Below are positions 10,193 to 19,391 of a DNA stretch of 64,000 nt, piece by piece. Positions within the stretch are counted from its first letter, which is position 1. Each line of letters begins with the position of its first letter. This stretch comes from Candidatus Curtissbacteria bacterium (GTDB lineage Bacteria; Patescibacteriota; Microgenomatia; Curtissbacterales; GWA2-41-24). The stretch is from NCBI GenBank assembly GCA_024654445.1, contig JANLHP010000022.1:15332-79331 (forward strand). Direction: 5' to 3'. The notes under the pieces were generated by a model. It was not told the DNA's origin and did not search any database. It saw only the letters and a program-made list of their open reading frames with translations. Position numbers and translations under genes: made by a program.

Positions 10193-10802
10193 CCTTAAAA
10201 TTTAGAAAATTTTCAAGAATTCTAAGACCACTTTTTTGACTACGCTCGGGGTGAAATTGGACTCCAAACAAATTATCCACCGCAACAGATGCTGTAAATT
10301 CCTCTCCGTATTCACAAGTTGCTGTCACTACGCCGCTTTCGTCAGGAGCTAAGCAGTAACTATGTATAAAATAAAAAACACTGGGTTTAACATTTTCAAA
10401 AAGAAGAGAGTTATCGGCGGGGTAAACGTCATTCCATCCAATGTGGGGTAGCCTGAAGTGTTTTTTGCTCACGCTCAATTTTCGAGTTTTACCCTTAACC
10501 CAACCCAAACCTTTATGCAATCCACCTTCTTCGCCGACTTCCGCCAGAAGTTGCATGCCTAAACATATACCCAAGAAGGCCTTTTTATTCTTCAGGACCT
10601 GCCCTTCCAATGTTTTTATAAGACCTCTCTCCGCCAGCTTATTCATGCCGTCACTAAAAGTTCCCACCCCGGGTAAAATTATATGAGTCGCTCTGTCAAA
10701 ATCTTTCGATTCCCTTGAAATTTTGCTCTCTGCACCTAAAGCATCCAAAGCGTTTTTTACCGAAGCTACATTCCCCATGTCATAGTCAACAATAATCACC
10801 AT
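10185..10802 (-). CDS. hisH2: HisH-like glutamine amidotransferase (WbuY/HisH2 type)
   Basis: DYDMGN, LPGVG, GICLGMQ, QFHPE. Start set at ATG 10802. Confidence 0.87.
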   Translation of the reverse strand: MVIIVDYDMGNVASVKNALDALGAESKISRESKDFDRATHIILPGVGTFSDGMNKLAERGLIKTLEGQVLKNKKAFLGICLGMQLLAEVGEEGGLHKGLGWVKGKTRKLSVSKKHFRLPHIGWNDVYPADNSLLFENVKPSVFYFIHSYCLAPDESGVVTATCEYGEEFTASVAVDNLFGVQFHPERSQKSGLRILENFLNFKDA

Positions 10803-11581
10803 TTGCGCAAGACCTTCCAAGACTGCTGTTCGAGTTTTATATTCAACATCGCGAGTTCTTGATTTTGGTCCAAATATCTAAGAACCTTTTTAACATCAAC
10901 AATCGCATTTTCCCTGAAGAAGTTATCATAAATTTTCCTCATTAACAATAAATCTTTTTCCCAGTCAACCGTCAGTCTGTAATTTCGGTAGTAGTTTGGA
11001 TCTAATTTTGGCGTCTTTCCTATAATAAACTCTCGATTTCGGTTAAACCACATATAAGGGGTCACATGTTCTTTCTCGTAGGAAGTTTTAGCGGCCCTAT
11101 AAGCCTTAAAAAGCGCATTAGAAGAAAATACTTCGACATCTAGGCCAATAGGCAAACTCCTTGTTACGTGGTCTGTGGTACTTAAATAATCAACTTTACC
11201 TCTTATAAATTCTCGAATACATACATCAATAATCTGGGGATCAATCAAGGGATTGTCGGCAGTTATCCTTACAATAATCCCGCAATCAAATTTTTTTGCG
11301 GTATTGTAAAATCTTGATAAAACGTTTTTCTTATTGCCACGAAAACATTGCAATTGTTCTTCTTTTGCGAACTTTTCTAGAATATCATTGTCTTTTGATC
11401 TAGGAATTGAAACAATAATATGCTTTATCCTTTTAGAATATTTTAATCTATTACAAATATGCCAAAGTAGAGGCTTTCCGGCTAATTCTGCCAAAATCTT
11501 GCCCGGTAGCCTCTCCGAATCAAATCTCGCTTGAATTATCGCACAAACGCTTTGTATATTATCCGTTCGTCCCCTCACCAT
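10796..11581 (-). CDS. spsF: Cytidylyltransferase, SpsF/PseF-like
   Basis: IIQARFDSERLPGK, RITADNP, EHVTPY, RLTVD. Confidence 0.8.
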   Translation of the reverse strand: MVRGRTDNIQSVCAIIQARFDSERLPGKILAELAGKPLLWHICNRLKYSKRIKHIIVSIPRSKDNDILEKFAKEEQLQCFRGNKKNVLSRFYNTAKKFDCGIIVRITADNPLIDPQIIDVCIREFIRGKVDYLSTTDHVTRSLPIGLDVEVFSSNALFKAYRAAKTSYEKEHVTPYMWFNRNREFIIGKTPKLDPNYYRNYRLTVDWEKDLLLMRKIYDNFFRENAIVDVKKVLRYLDQNQELAMLNIKLEQQSWKVLRKW

Positions 11582-12372
11582 GAAGTCCAGCCCCCATCAA
11601 CAACGAAATTCTCTCCTGTGATAAAACCGGAAGCATCACTTGAGAGCAGCGCAAACAAGCCTTTCAAGTCCTCGGGATTACCCAACTTATCAAGCATTGT
11701 CTTGCTTTTTAGCCTCTCACCGAATTTCTTGTCCCGAGCCACGTTTTCTTTAGGAAAAGGCCCTGGAGAAATTGAATTTACACGGATACCATACCTACCC
11801 CAGTAAGAAGCCAGATATTTTGTAAGCTGAATAATCCCCGCTTTGGCGATTGTGTACGTCGGTGGAATATTGAAATTATTGTCAGTGTATAGCCTCCAAT
11901 CCGGCGATTGAAGTCCGTACATTGAAGATATATTAATAATTGAACCTTTCGCCTCTCTCTTCATAAGAGGGAAAACAAGCTGGCTGCACCTCAGTGTACT
12001 CCAAAGAACACCGTTTAAACTACTCTCAAATTCGTCATAAGCTAAGTTGGTGGATACCTTTTCCTGATGAATAGCGTTATTTATAAGAATGGCTATGGAC
12101 GGGAGCCCTTTTATTTCATTGGAAAACTTAAGAAAAGAATTGCTGCTTGTAAAATCCAAGTCTTTAACAATAACTCTGGATTCTCCAAATTCCTTGAGCA
12201 ATCCACGAGCGACGGTAGCTCTTTTTTTAGCAGTCTTCTGCGTTGTAGTTACAACAACAGTTGCTCCTAATTCAAGAAGTGTTTCTGTCGCGGCTAAGCC
12301 TAAATGTCCCAAACCACCCGTCACAATCGCTGTCCTATTTTCTAAACTGATTAAGTCCGCCAGGCTTCTCAT
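11575..12372 (-). CDS. SDR oxidoreductase (PtmA-like)
   Basis: TGGLGHLG, NNA, SSMYG, YxxxK (YTIAK), VDGG. Start 12372 in an ATGA overlap. Confidence 0.85.
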   Translation of the reverse strand: MRSLADLISLENRTAIVTGGLGHLGLAATETLLELGATVVVTTTQKTAKKRATVARGLLKEFGESRVIVKDLDFTSSNSFLKFSNEIKGLPSIAILINNAIHQEKVSTNLAYDEFESSLNGVLWSTLRCSQLVFPLMKREAKGSIINISSMYGLQSPDWRLYTDNNFNIPPTYTIAKAGIIQLTKYLASYWGRYGIRVNSISPGPFPKENVARDKKFGERLKSKTMLDKLGNPEDLKGLFALLSSDASGFITGENFVVDGGWTSW

Positions 12373-13274
12373 AGCTGCAAGTTCCAACAGGCAGGGTTTG
12401 TGTACTTCTCTTCCAAAATGGGAATGCGTTGTGCAAGTTTATCAAATACTACTTGATCAATGTGAGCCTCAAAAGCAGACACGTCCGTCTCTAACTGTTT
12501 TGGCGAGGTTATCCCTATTACTAAAGGACCAAAGTTCTTGTTTGCAATGAATTGAATAAGTAACTCTTCGCGCGGTACTTTATATGAGTCCAAATATTTA
12601 TAGAACGTGTTCAGCTTACCCTTTACGTCCCCAAAGTATTCCGGTAAATTTTTAGTGCTCATCAGTAGCACTCCTTGAAGAAACACACTCCTTTGAACAA
12701 TGAGCTTACCCTTTTTCTGCAGTAATTTCATTTTGCCTTGGCTTTCAAAGTCCCGACTTAGGATATTATGGGGGATTTGATAAACATCAATCTCATCATA
12801 TTTAAGCGCTCTGTCCACATCTCCTGGATCATATAAGGAGATACCGATATATCTGATTAGACCCCGCTTTTTATAGTCATATAAAATATCCAAAAAAATA
12901 TCAGGATTTGCAAAAAAACCTTCGAAATCGTGGATATAAATAATATCCAAATGCTTTCTGTGAAGTCGACCCAGAGAAGTCTTCAACGAGTCCAAAATTT
13001 CCTTAGAGGAATCTTTAGATTTAAACGCAGTCAGCTTAGTGGCAATTATTACATTTCGTCTTCCAAGAACTTCCCCTATTATTTTTTCACTCCCCCCGTA
13101 GCTACTCGCAGTGTCAAAAAAGTTAATTCCGCGGTCAAGTGCAGCGTTTAGTATACACTTGGTTGTGTTCGTTGAAACTTGGTTCTTATTGGCGATACCG
13201 TATTGTTGTCCAAATTGAGCGCATCCCAAACAAAAGGAAGAAAGCTCTAAATCTTTGTATTTAAATACATTCAT
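12369..13274 (-). CDS. Aldo/keto reductase
   Basis: LGCAQFG..YG, FDTASSYG.SE, RSVFLQG. Confidence 0.85.
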   Translation of the reverse strand: MNVFKYKDLELSSFCLGCAQFGQQYGIANKNQVSTNTTKCILNAALDRGINFFDTASSYGGSEKIIGEVLGRRNVIIATKLTAFKSKDSSKEILDSLKTSLGRLHRKHLDIIYIHDFEGFFANPDIFLDILYDYKKRGLIRYIGISLYDPGDVDRALKYDEIDVYQIPHNILSRDFESQGKMKLLQKKGKLIVQRSVFLQGVLLMSTKNLPEYFGDVKGKLNTFYKYLDSYKVPREELLIQFIANKNFGPLVIGITSPKQLETDVSAFEAHIDQVVFDKLAQRIPILEEKYTNPACWNLQL

Positions 13275-13933
13275 GTTAAATCTTTTTTCATAAAATATTT
13301 TATAATTTTACCAATTTCGGATTTAATTTCCTCTGGATTCATTCCTCTTCTGTCTAGTAGAAAAAATTCGTAATCTTTTTTACCCAAATACTTTCGCGCA
13401 TATCTTGCAGATCGCGGGCCGTGGTATGCATGAGTGACAATGGCCAACTTTTTAAAATTTAATTTACCCAACTCTTTAAATTGGTCAAGCGTTGAAATTA
13501 GAGGGACTGGGGGCATATTAGACAACTTTATTACGTTTGAAGAATCAATGTTTTTTGCCAGTTTTCTCATCAAATCATTTTGTGCTTCAGTGCCTGTTAA
13601 AACTAACTTTGGGCCCCGGCTACTAAAACTTGCTAGCTTCTTATAGATCGTAAGCCCGTAAGCTGTTCGTTGTTCTGTGTCTCTTAAATTTGTTTTAAGT
13701 GCCGGATCACCGCTTTCACCCGAAAGTATAGCAACAGCTTCAATTCCAGCATCGATTTTGGGATCAACAGAGTTTCTTACTGATTCGAATTCTTGCTTTA
13801 ATTTATTTTCGACTTCAAGAAAATCCAGGCCTATCAGGCCTCGGATGAATTGAAGAGAAAACATACTTTTGAGCCTGAAAGGCGAATATCGAGGGCTTTT
13901 AGCCCTCGGAAGTTTATCTCGAATATTCACCAA
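13271..13933 (-). CDS. YdcF/DUF218 (ElyC/SanA-like) protein
   Basis: AILSG, LVLTG, ST, IVTHAYHGPRS pattern. Confidence 0.55.
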   Translation of the reverse strand: MVNIRDKLPRAKSPRYSPFRLKSMFSLQFIRGLIGLDFLEVENKLKQEFESVRNSVDPKIDAGIEAVAILSGESGDPALKTNLRDTEQRTAYGLTIYKKLASFSSRGPKLVLTGTEAQNDLMRKLAKNIDSSNVIKLSNMPPVPLISTLDQFKELGKLNFKKLAIVTHAYHGPRSARYARKYLGKKDYEFFLLDRRGMNPEEIKSEIGKIIKYFMKKDLT

Positions 13934-15071
13934 TCACATCCTTAAAAGTTTTTATTACATAATCTATTTGTTTTTTTGACAAATCCGGAAAAAGCGGTAA
14001 CGAGATTTCCGATTCATAAACAGATTCGGAAATTGGAAAATCACCTCTTTTAAATCCAAATTTTTTTCGATAATATGGCTGAAGATGGACGGGAATATAA
14101 TGGACCTGAACACCGAGCCCTCGATCCTTCAGCTCGTCAAAAATCCTCTTCCTTGAAACTTTAATCTCGTCCAGCTTTAAAAGCGCAGTAAACAAATGCC
14201 AAACGGCAAAACTAGAATTGTTTTCCTTCGGCACATCAATAGGCAAGTCACTAAATGCTTTCCTATACACATCAACGACCAATCTACGCGCTCCAATGAA
14301 CCTTTCTATCCTCGAGAGTTGTGACACACCAAGGGCGGCTTGAAAATCGGTTAGTCGAAAATTTAAACCAAGTTCCTGCATCTCATAATACCAACCGCCA
14401 ACATTATTTTGTAAATTCTTTCTTGTGATCCCATGGTTTCTAAAAATAAGAAGCTTTTCCCATAACTTTTTGTCGTTTGTGACCGCCATACCTCCTTCAC
14501 CAGTCGTTATTGTTTTAACAGGATGGAAAGAAAAACATGTTATATCAGCAATTGTTCCTATCATCCTCCCTTTATATTTAGAGCCGATCGAGTGAGCCGC
14601 GTCATCAATTGTTACAAGGCCATAATTTTTAGCGATTCTTTTGATTCTATCCCAATCACAGGGATTACCGGCGAAATCAACCGCCAAAATCGCCTTTGTC
14701 TTCTTATTTATCGCCTGCTCAATCCGATCAGCATTAATGTTTAAGGTTGCAAAGTCAATGTCGACGAATTTGGGAATTCCTCCGAACCAGACAAAACAAT
14801 TGCTTGATGCTGCGAATGTGTAAGGTGTGGTTATTACTTCATCGCCCGAACCGATTCCGGAGGCGAAACAACTTGCAACAAGAGCGGATGCGCCGGAATT
14901 AAACGCTACAGCGTATTTTGCTCCGACGTAATTCGCAACCGCATTTTCAAATTCAAGAACCTCGGGTCCTTGGGTAATAAAATCAGATTTTAAAACTCTG
15001 GTCACTGCCTCGATATCTTTCTGGTTAATCGATTGGTGAGAGTAGGGGATCAGCTTAAGCGGTCTTTTCAT
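13914..15071 (-). CDS. pseC: UDP-4-amino-4,6-dideoxy-N-acetyl-beta-L-altrosamine transaminase
   Basis: IPYSHQ, ITQGP, DAAHSIG, SFHPVKTITTGEGG, VQVHYIPVH. Confidence 0.88.
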   Translation of the reverse strand: MKRPLKLIPYSHQSINQKDIEAVTRVLKSDFITQGPEVLEFENAVANYVGAKYAVAFNSGASALVASCFASGIGSGDEVITTPYTFAASSNCFVWFGGIPKFVDIDFATLNINADRIEQAINKKTKAILAVDFAGNPCDWDRIKRIAKNYGLVTIDDAAHSIGSKYKGRMIGTIADITCFSFHPVKTITTGEGGMAVTNDKKLWEKLLIFRNHGITRKNLQNNVGGWYYEMQELGLNFRLTDFQAALGVSQLSRIERFIGARRLVVDVYRKAFSDLPIDVPKENNSSFAVWHLFTALLKLDEIKVSRKRIFDELKDRGLGVQVHYIPVHLQPYYRKKFGFKRGDFPISESVYESEISLPLFPDLSKKQIDYVIKTFKDVIGEYSR

Positions 15072-16371
15072 TCTCCTTCTGGATAATTGTCTCGCATAAC
15101 CTTTTCAGATTTAAAGAATAATTCCTTGTATCTTCCGAAAGATAATAGTTGAGATTGCTATATTTACTCTTAGAATTAACCTTTGCATTAGAAATGTTGG
15201 GATTATTAAATATGTACTTCAACTTTTCTATTTTGTCGACAATTATGACATTTGGTAACTGTTCGATTTTCCGGAAATGTTCATAATATTTAAAAGCGTT
15301 TTTCGGCGATGTTAGATGAATTCCATCATCGTAAGTAATAACAAAAACTTTTTTATTAAAAATTAGCCCTTCAATCAGCATTGTAGATAGGGGACATATC
15401 ATAAACTCCATATTAGAAAGAAGCCTTGGATAATAATCCAAGCCCGGGATAATATTGTTCTGCTCCCTTTTGTAATAAGCTCTGGCATCAGTGTCTAAAA
15501 TAACATTTTTAAAATCCCAATCAAAAAATGTATCAAAAGATTTTCGTGGATGTCTCCAAGGATGTGGCCTGTAAACGATCTTAATTTGATCCTCTAAATG
15601 ACTTATTATTCCATCAAGCTCCCTCAAAGTTGAAATCTCGTCAAAAGGAATTGCATTGCCCGAAAAAAGAGCAAAGCGGAATGGGTAAGGAGAAGGTAGC
15701 TTTTCACTCCTTTGCCGAAAATAGCTTTCAAATCTCGGCGTCCCAAGAACAAAGACTCTCTCGCGGTCGACGTTATGAATTCTCATAGTATGTTCGACCG
15801 ACTGTTTTCCCCAAACAGCCAAGTAATCCGGACGTCTTGTAAATATCGTCTTGCTGCAAAGATTGTCCCAATTATCAATTAAAAGGCATACCGGAATTTG
15901 ATACTTTTTTGCAATCCTAATAAACTCAAAAGTGACACCTTCAAATCCGCTTGATGGGATTAAAATTAAGGATGGTTTAGTTTTTTCAATTAACTCTTCC
16001 AATTCTTTATCTTTAGTACCAAGAAAAACGTAAAGTTTAAATAAGTCATAAATAACAGGAAATGAGAGCAGTGAGTATTTAATCTTAAGAAATTTAGGCA
16101 GCCTCATAAAACGGAACTTAAAAGTTAAACTCCTATTTCCGTATCTTCGGGTATTTGTGTTGAATAAGTGAAAATGTAGTCTTGCCTTTTCTTTTGAGTA
16201 AGAGAATTCTAAAACTCTATCCCTTTTAGCCTGAGGAATTTGCTTTCGTGTCAAATCCTTATTTAAAAGAAAAGTGCAGTCGGCTTTAATTTCAGAAAGG
16301 CAATTAGAAGTTATATAGTTTCTATAATACTCGTTCGTATTTATAACAAAGACAATGTTATTTTTAGACAT
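15055..16371 (-). CDS. GT-B-fold protein (CDP-glycerol glycerophosphotransferase/sialyltransferase-like)
   Basis: DNWDNLCSK, AVWG, GTPRF, YRPHP, STMLIEG. Confidence 0.5.
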   Translation of the reverse strand: MSKNNIVFVINTNEYYRNYITSNCLSEIKADCTFLLNKDLTRKQIPQAKRDRVLEFSYSKEKARLHFHLFNTNTRRYGNRSLTFKFRFMRLPKFLKIKYSLLSFPVIYDLFKLYVFLGTKDKELEELIEKTKPSLILIPSSGFEGVTFEFIRIAKKYQIPVCLLIDNWDNLCSKTIFTRRPDYLAVWGKQSVEHTMRIHNVDRERVFVLGTPRFESYFRQRSEKLPSPYPFRFALFSGNAIPFDEISTLRELDGIISHLEDQIKIVYRPHPWRHPRKSFDTFFDWDFKNVILDTDARAYYKREQNNIIPGLDYYPRLLSNMEFMICPLSTMLIEGLIFNKKVFVITYDDGIHLTSPKNAFKYYEHFRKIEQLPNVIIVDKIEKLKYIFNNPNISNAKVNSKSKYSNLNYYLSEDTRNYSLNLKRLCETIIQKENEKTA

Positions 16372-16380
16372 AAAACGAAG

Positions 16381-17376
16381 TTAATAACCTGCGCCATCTG
16401 AAGCTATATCAGAAATAAGTGTTTTAATCTTCTCCGCGCTAAGCCATTTGTTATTGTTGTCGCTGCTATACATAAATCCGTCAACTGGCTTCTTTTTAAC
16501 TTTACTGCTACCGGCCCACCAGTCGAATTCCGGTTCAATTAAAAAATAGTTCTTAAATTCCCTTGTATGTCTTGATTCGTCAAAACTAATCAACGCTTCG
16601 TGGAGCTTTTCACCGGGTCTTATTCCAACAATTCTAATTTTAGAATTTGGAGAAATAGCCTTTGCAACTTCAGTAATCCTGACACTTGGAATTTTTGGTA
16701 CGAATATCTCTCCGCCCTTCATTTTTCCAAGTGTATTTATAACCAGCTCAACCCCCTGCTCCAAGGTAATCCAGAATCTTGTCATTCTAATGTCGGTTAT
16801 CGTAATGTGATTATTTTTCGCTTGAGAAATAAAAACAGGAACAACACTACCACGCGAGCCCATTACATTTCCGTACCTTACAACACTAAACTTCGTACTC
16901 TTTTCCCCTCCATAAGAATTCGCTTGAATGAAAATTTTCTCGGCAACCATTTTAGTGGCACCGTATAAGTTTACTGGAGAAACTGCTTTATCTGAAGAAA
17001 TTAAAATAACTTTTGAAACATTTTCATCAAGCGAAGCCTCAATGACATTCTCACTCCCCATAATGTTTGTGTGAATTGCTTCAAAAGGGTTATACTCTAA
17101 AAGAGGCACCTGCTTAAGGGCCGCGGCGTGTATTACATAATCTACGCCAACAATTGCTCGCTTTAATCTTCTTAAGTCCCTTACATCTCCCAATAAAAAT
17201 CTTAACCTTTTGTCTCCCTGATATTTCGCCATAAGTGCGTGTTGCTTAAATTCATCCCTGGAATAAATTCTAATAACACCCTTAAAAGTTTTTTGCGAAA
17301 GTAGATGAGCGATAAATGCTTTTCCAAATGATCCAGTGCCGCCTGTTAGAAGAATTGTTTGTTTTGTTAAATTCAT
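16381..17376 (-). CDS. pseB: UDP-N-acetylglucosamine 4,6-dehydratase (inverting)
   Basis: TGGTGSFG, SRDEFKQ, HAAALKQVP, YGNVMGSRGSV, MTRFWI, RPGEKLHE. Confidence 0.92.
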   Translation of the reverse strand: MNLTKQTILLTGGTGSFGKAFIAHLLSQKTFKGVIRIYSRDEFKQHALMAKYQGDKRLRFLLGDVRDLRRLKRAIVGVDYVIHAAALKQVPLLEYNPFEAIHTNIMGSENVIEASLDENVSKVILISSDKAVSPVNLYGATKMVAEKIFIQANSYGGEKSTKFSVVRYGNVMGSRGSVVPVFISQAKNNHITITDIRMTRFWITLEQGVELVINTLGKMKGGEIFVPKIPSVRITEVAKAISPNSKIRIVGIRPGEKLHEALISFDESRHTREFKNYFLIEPEFDWWAGSSKVKKKPVDGFMYSSDNNNKWLSAEKIKTLISDIASDGAGY

Positions 17377-17461
17377 GAAGTCAAAAGTCTCCGTATTTTA
17401 TGCGAATTGTTGCCACATTTACAAGGTGATCACATAAAGTACAGCTCAGAAGTTACTTTAT

Positions 17462-17598
17462 TATGAGCGAGAATTCCTCGGCCTTTAAAGCCGAGGATGA
17501 GAGTGAGCGAATATCAAAATATGCACTGCCCTGTGGTCCTTATCAAGTCAGACTCGACTCCAGGCTTAATCGTGGACGAAAATCCGCATGTAGTTTAT
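17462..17598 (+). mobile_element. Non-autonomous palindromic element copy B
   Basis: TTAT|TATGAGCGAGAA, hairpin TCCTCGGC-N7-GCCGAGGA, core, then terminal GTAGTTTAT. Its reverse complement is closely similar to 35618-35760. Confidence 0.75.
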
Positions 17599-17715
17599 CG
17601 ACTTACCAGAAGACCACGGCTTCCAGCCGTGGATGAATGGCAGGAGGCGATTCAGACCAAGCGAAGCTTGAATTGAGTTGAAAGAGGACCACGGGCTATG
17701 CCTGTGGGAATCTAT
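17599..17715 (+). mobile_element. Second palindromic element (subtype 2), in tandem with copy B
   Basis: Hairpin CCACGGCT-TCC-AGCCGTGG followed by ATGAA, internal CAAGC-GAA-GCTTG, terminal hairpin plus GTGGGAATCTAT shared with 57406-57498. Confidence 0.65.
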
Positions 17716-19391
17716 TTTATCTTTAAAACATCAAAATATGGACCGGGTCTATCCACCAAAAATAGCGGAAAGTTATAAGGCGCGTCAAAGAAAGCTTCAG
17801 GTATTTTGTAATTATAAACAATTTCTCCGGTTGGAGAAAAATGAACAATTAATTCGAAATCAAAACTACTTGAGTTAAATAATAATCGATCATAAGAGCC
17901 AAGATAAGAATCGACTACATATTTGACAGGGTAAACAGACGATGCCCTTTGAAGATCTTCCTCTTTTGATCGTGTTTGAAATTCGTTTATATAAACCACA
18001 TTTCTAACGTTTGGCGGATATGTTTCACCCGTTAACTCCGCCGCCCGCGAGTAGAAACCTGGCCGGAATTCTCTAATTGGGGCTGACGCTCTAGCATTAG
18101 GAACGTGACCAAAATTTCTTCTAATTGTATACGCAATTGGAACTTCACTCCTTATGTTTTTATCAACCCATTCATGGACTTGAGAAAAAGTAGGTGTTTT
18201 TAAAATAAGAATATTCCAGTAAATGGAGTTAAGTGAAGCAAGCAAAAGGAGGATAGAGGCAAATATAACCGATGTAAAATTCAAATGAAGCACACGCGAT
18301 AAAACGAAACCCGAAAAAATAGGTAAAAGGGAAAAACTAATCAAAAAGTATCTAACAAAAGGAGGAAAGACTGTCACCACTAAAAGAAAGTTTAAGAAAA
18401 TAAATAAAAAAAACGGCAAATATTCCCGCCGCCAATTAGTTCTTTTGGTGAAAAATAACATTGCGCTTCCCACGATAATACCGTCGGTTTTAATTAAGTC
18501 TCCAAAAACCTTTTGCACGTTTCCTTCATTTATATAAAACCGCAAAACGTCAAATAAATTGTCCGATGCGTGGGGAAGTTTAATAAGTCCGACATTAGGA
18601 TTTCCCGGGGAAACTATTTTAAAAAAATCTCCACCAACACTCAGAAAATTAAAAACAAGAATTAAAAAAGCCCAAAGTAGCAAAGCTGATAAATTAGTAA
18701 GAATAACTTTTTTCTCAAAAAGATTTCTACTTGAAATTAACCTAAGAAGAATGATCAAAATAATAACCATGCCGCTAATCTGATGAAATCCAAATGAGAT
18801 TGCAGAAAAGATGAAGGCAAAAGTTACATTCTTGAATTCCGAATCATGCTTCTTAATACTTTTATAAGCAAACAACACGGAAAGGAGTGCGAAGAAAATA
18901 GCCGGGGACCAAGCCCTCGCTAAATGAGAAACATGAACTAAATTAAATGAAATCGCAAAAAGCGCGCTTGCCCACAAAGCGGCTTTTTTACTTTCAAAAA
19001 TTTCAACAGTTAGCTTGTAAATAACAAGCACACTTAAAACCCCAAAAAGTGCGGAAATTACGCGAGGAATAAACGTCAGGTAACCTTCTTGCGTTACGAG
19101 TAAAAATTCAAAATCGCGGATGTTGTGTACTTTTCCAGATAAAAACATAACAACAAAGGAAAGAAGAATAAATGGAATTTGCGCGTAAGATCCTAAAGGG
19201 CCGTAGTTGCCAATGCTAAAAATAGATTTTGTGGCAAGCATATTTAACGCGCTCAAATGGTAAATCGCCTCGTCGTTTGACATGTAAAGAATTGGGAATC
19301 CAACCGTAAGGTTATTGAAGCGGAGTAAAAACCCCATCAAAAGTATTAGAAGCAAAAAATATTTAGGAGATATATTTCTTAAGAAACTCAT
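17712..19391 (-). CDS. GT-C glycosyltransferase (ArnT/PMT-2-like)
   Basis: GFLLRF...NDE motif after TM1, PRVISALFG, many TM helices, soluble C-terminus. Confidence 0.75.
   Translation of the reverse strand: MSFLRNISPKYFLLLILLMGFLLRFNNLTVGFPILYMSNDEAIYHLSALNMLATKSIFSIGNYGPLGSYAQIPFILLSFVVMFLSGKVHNIRDFEFLLVTQEGYLTFIPRVISALFGVLSVLVIYKLTVEIFESKKAALWASALFAISFNLVHVSHLARAWSPAIFFALLSVLFAYKSIKKHDSEFKNVTFAFIFSAISFGFHQISGMVIILIILLRLISSRNLFEKKVILTNLSALLLWAFLILVFNFLSVGGDFFKIVSPGNPNVGLIKLPHASDNLFDVLRFYINEGNVQKVFGDLIKTDGIIVGSAMLFFTKRTNWRREYLPFFLFIFLNFLLVVTVFPPFVRYFLISFSLLPIFSGFVLSRVLHLNFTSVIFASILLLLASLNSIYWNILILKTPTFSQVHEWVDKNIRSEVPIAYTIRRNFGHVPNARASAPIREFRPGFYSRAAELTGETYPPNVRNVVYINEFQTRSKEEDLQRASSVYPVKYVVDSYLGSYDRLLFNSSSFDFELIVHFSPTGEIVYNYKIPEAFFDAPYNFPLFLVDRPGPYFDVLKIK

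Noticed and set aside
9398-10802. hisF/hisH as histidine biosynthesis
   Set aside because: No other his genes are present; adjacency to the N-acetyl sugar amidotransferase marks them as glycan-tailoring paralogues.
17462-17715. Possible CRISPR array, tRNA or riboswitch in the hairpin-rich gap
   Set aside because: No regularly spaced identical repeats, no cas genes, no cloverleaf or recognisable aptamer; better explained as two palindromic elements.
17678-17878. Short ORFs antisense to or nested in long genes (this one and the many 60-180 aa track entries)
   Set aside because: They overlap well-supported CDSs, have no recognisable motifs, and are expected by chance.
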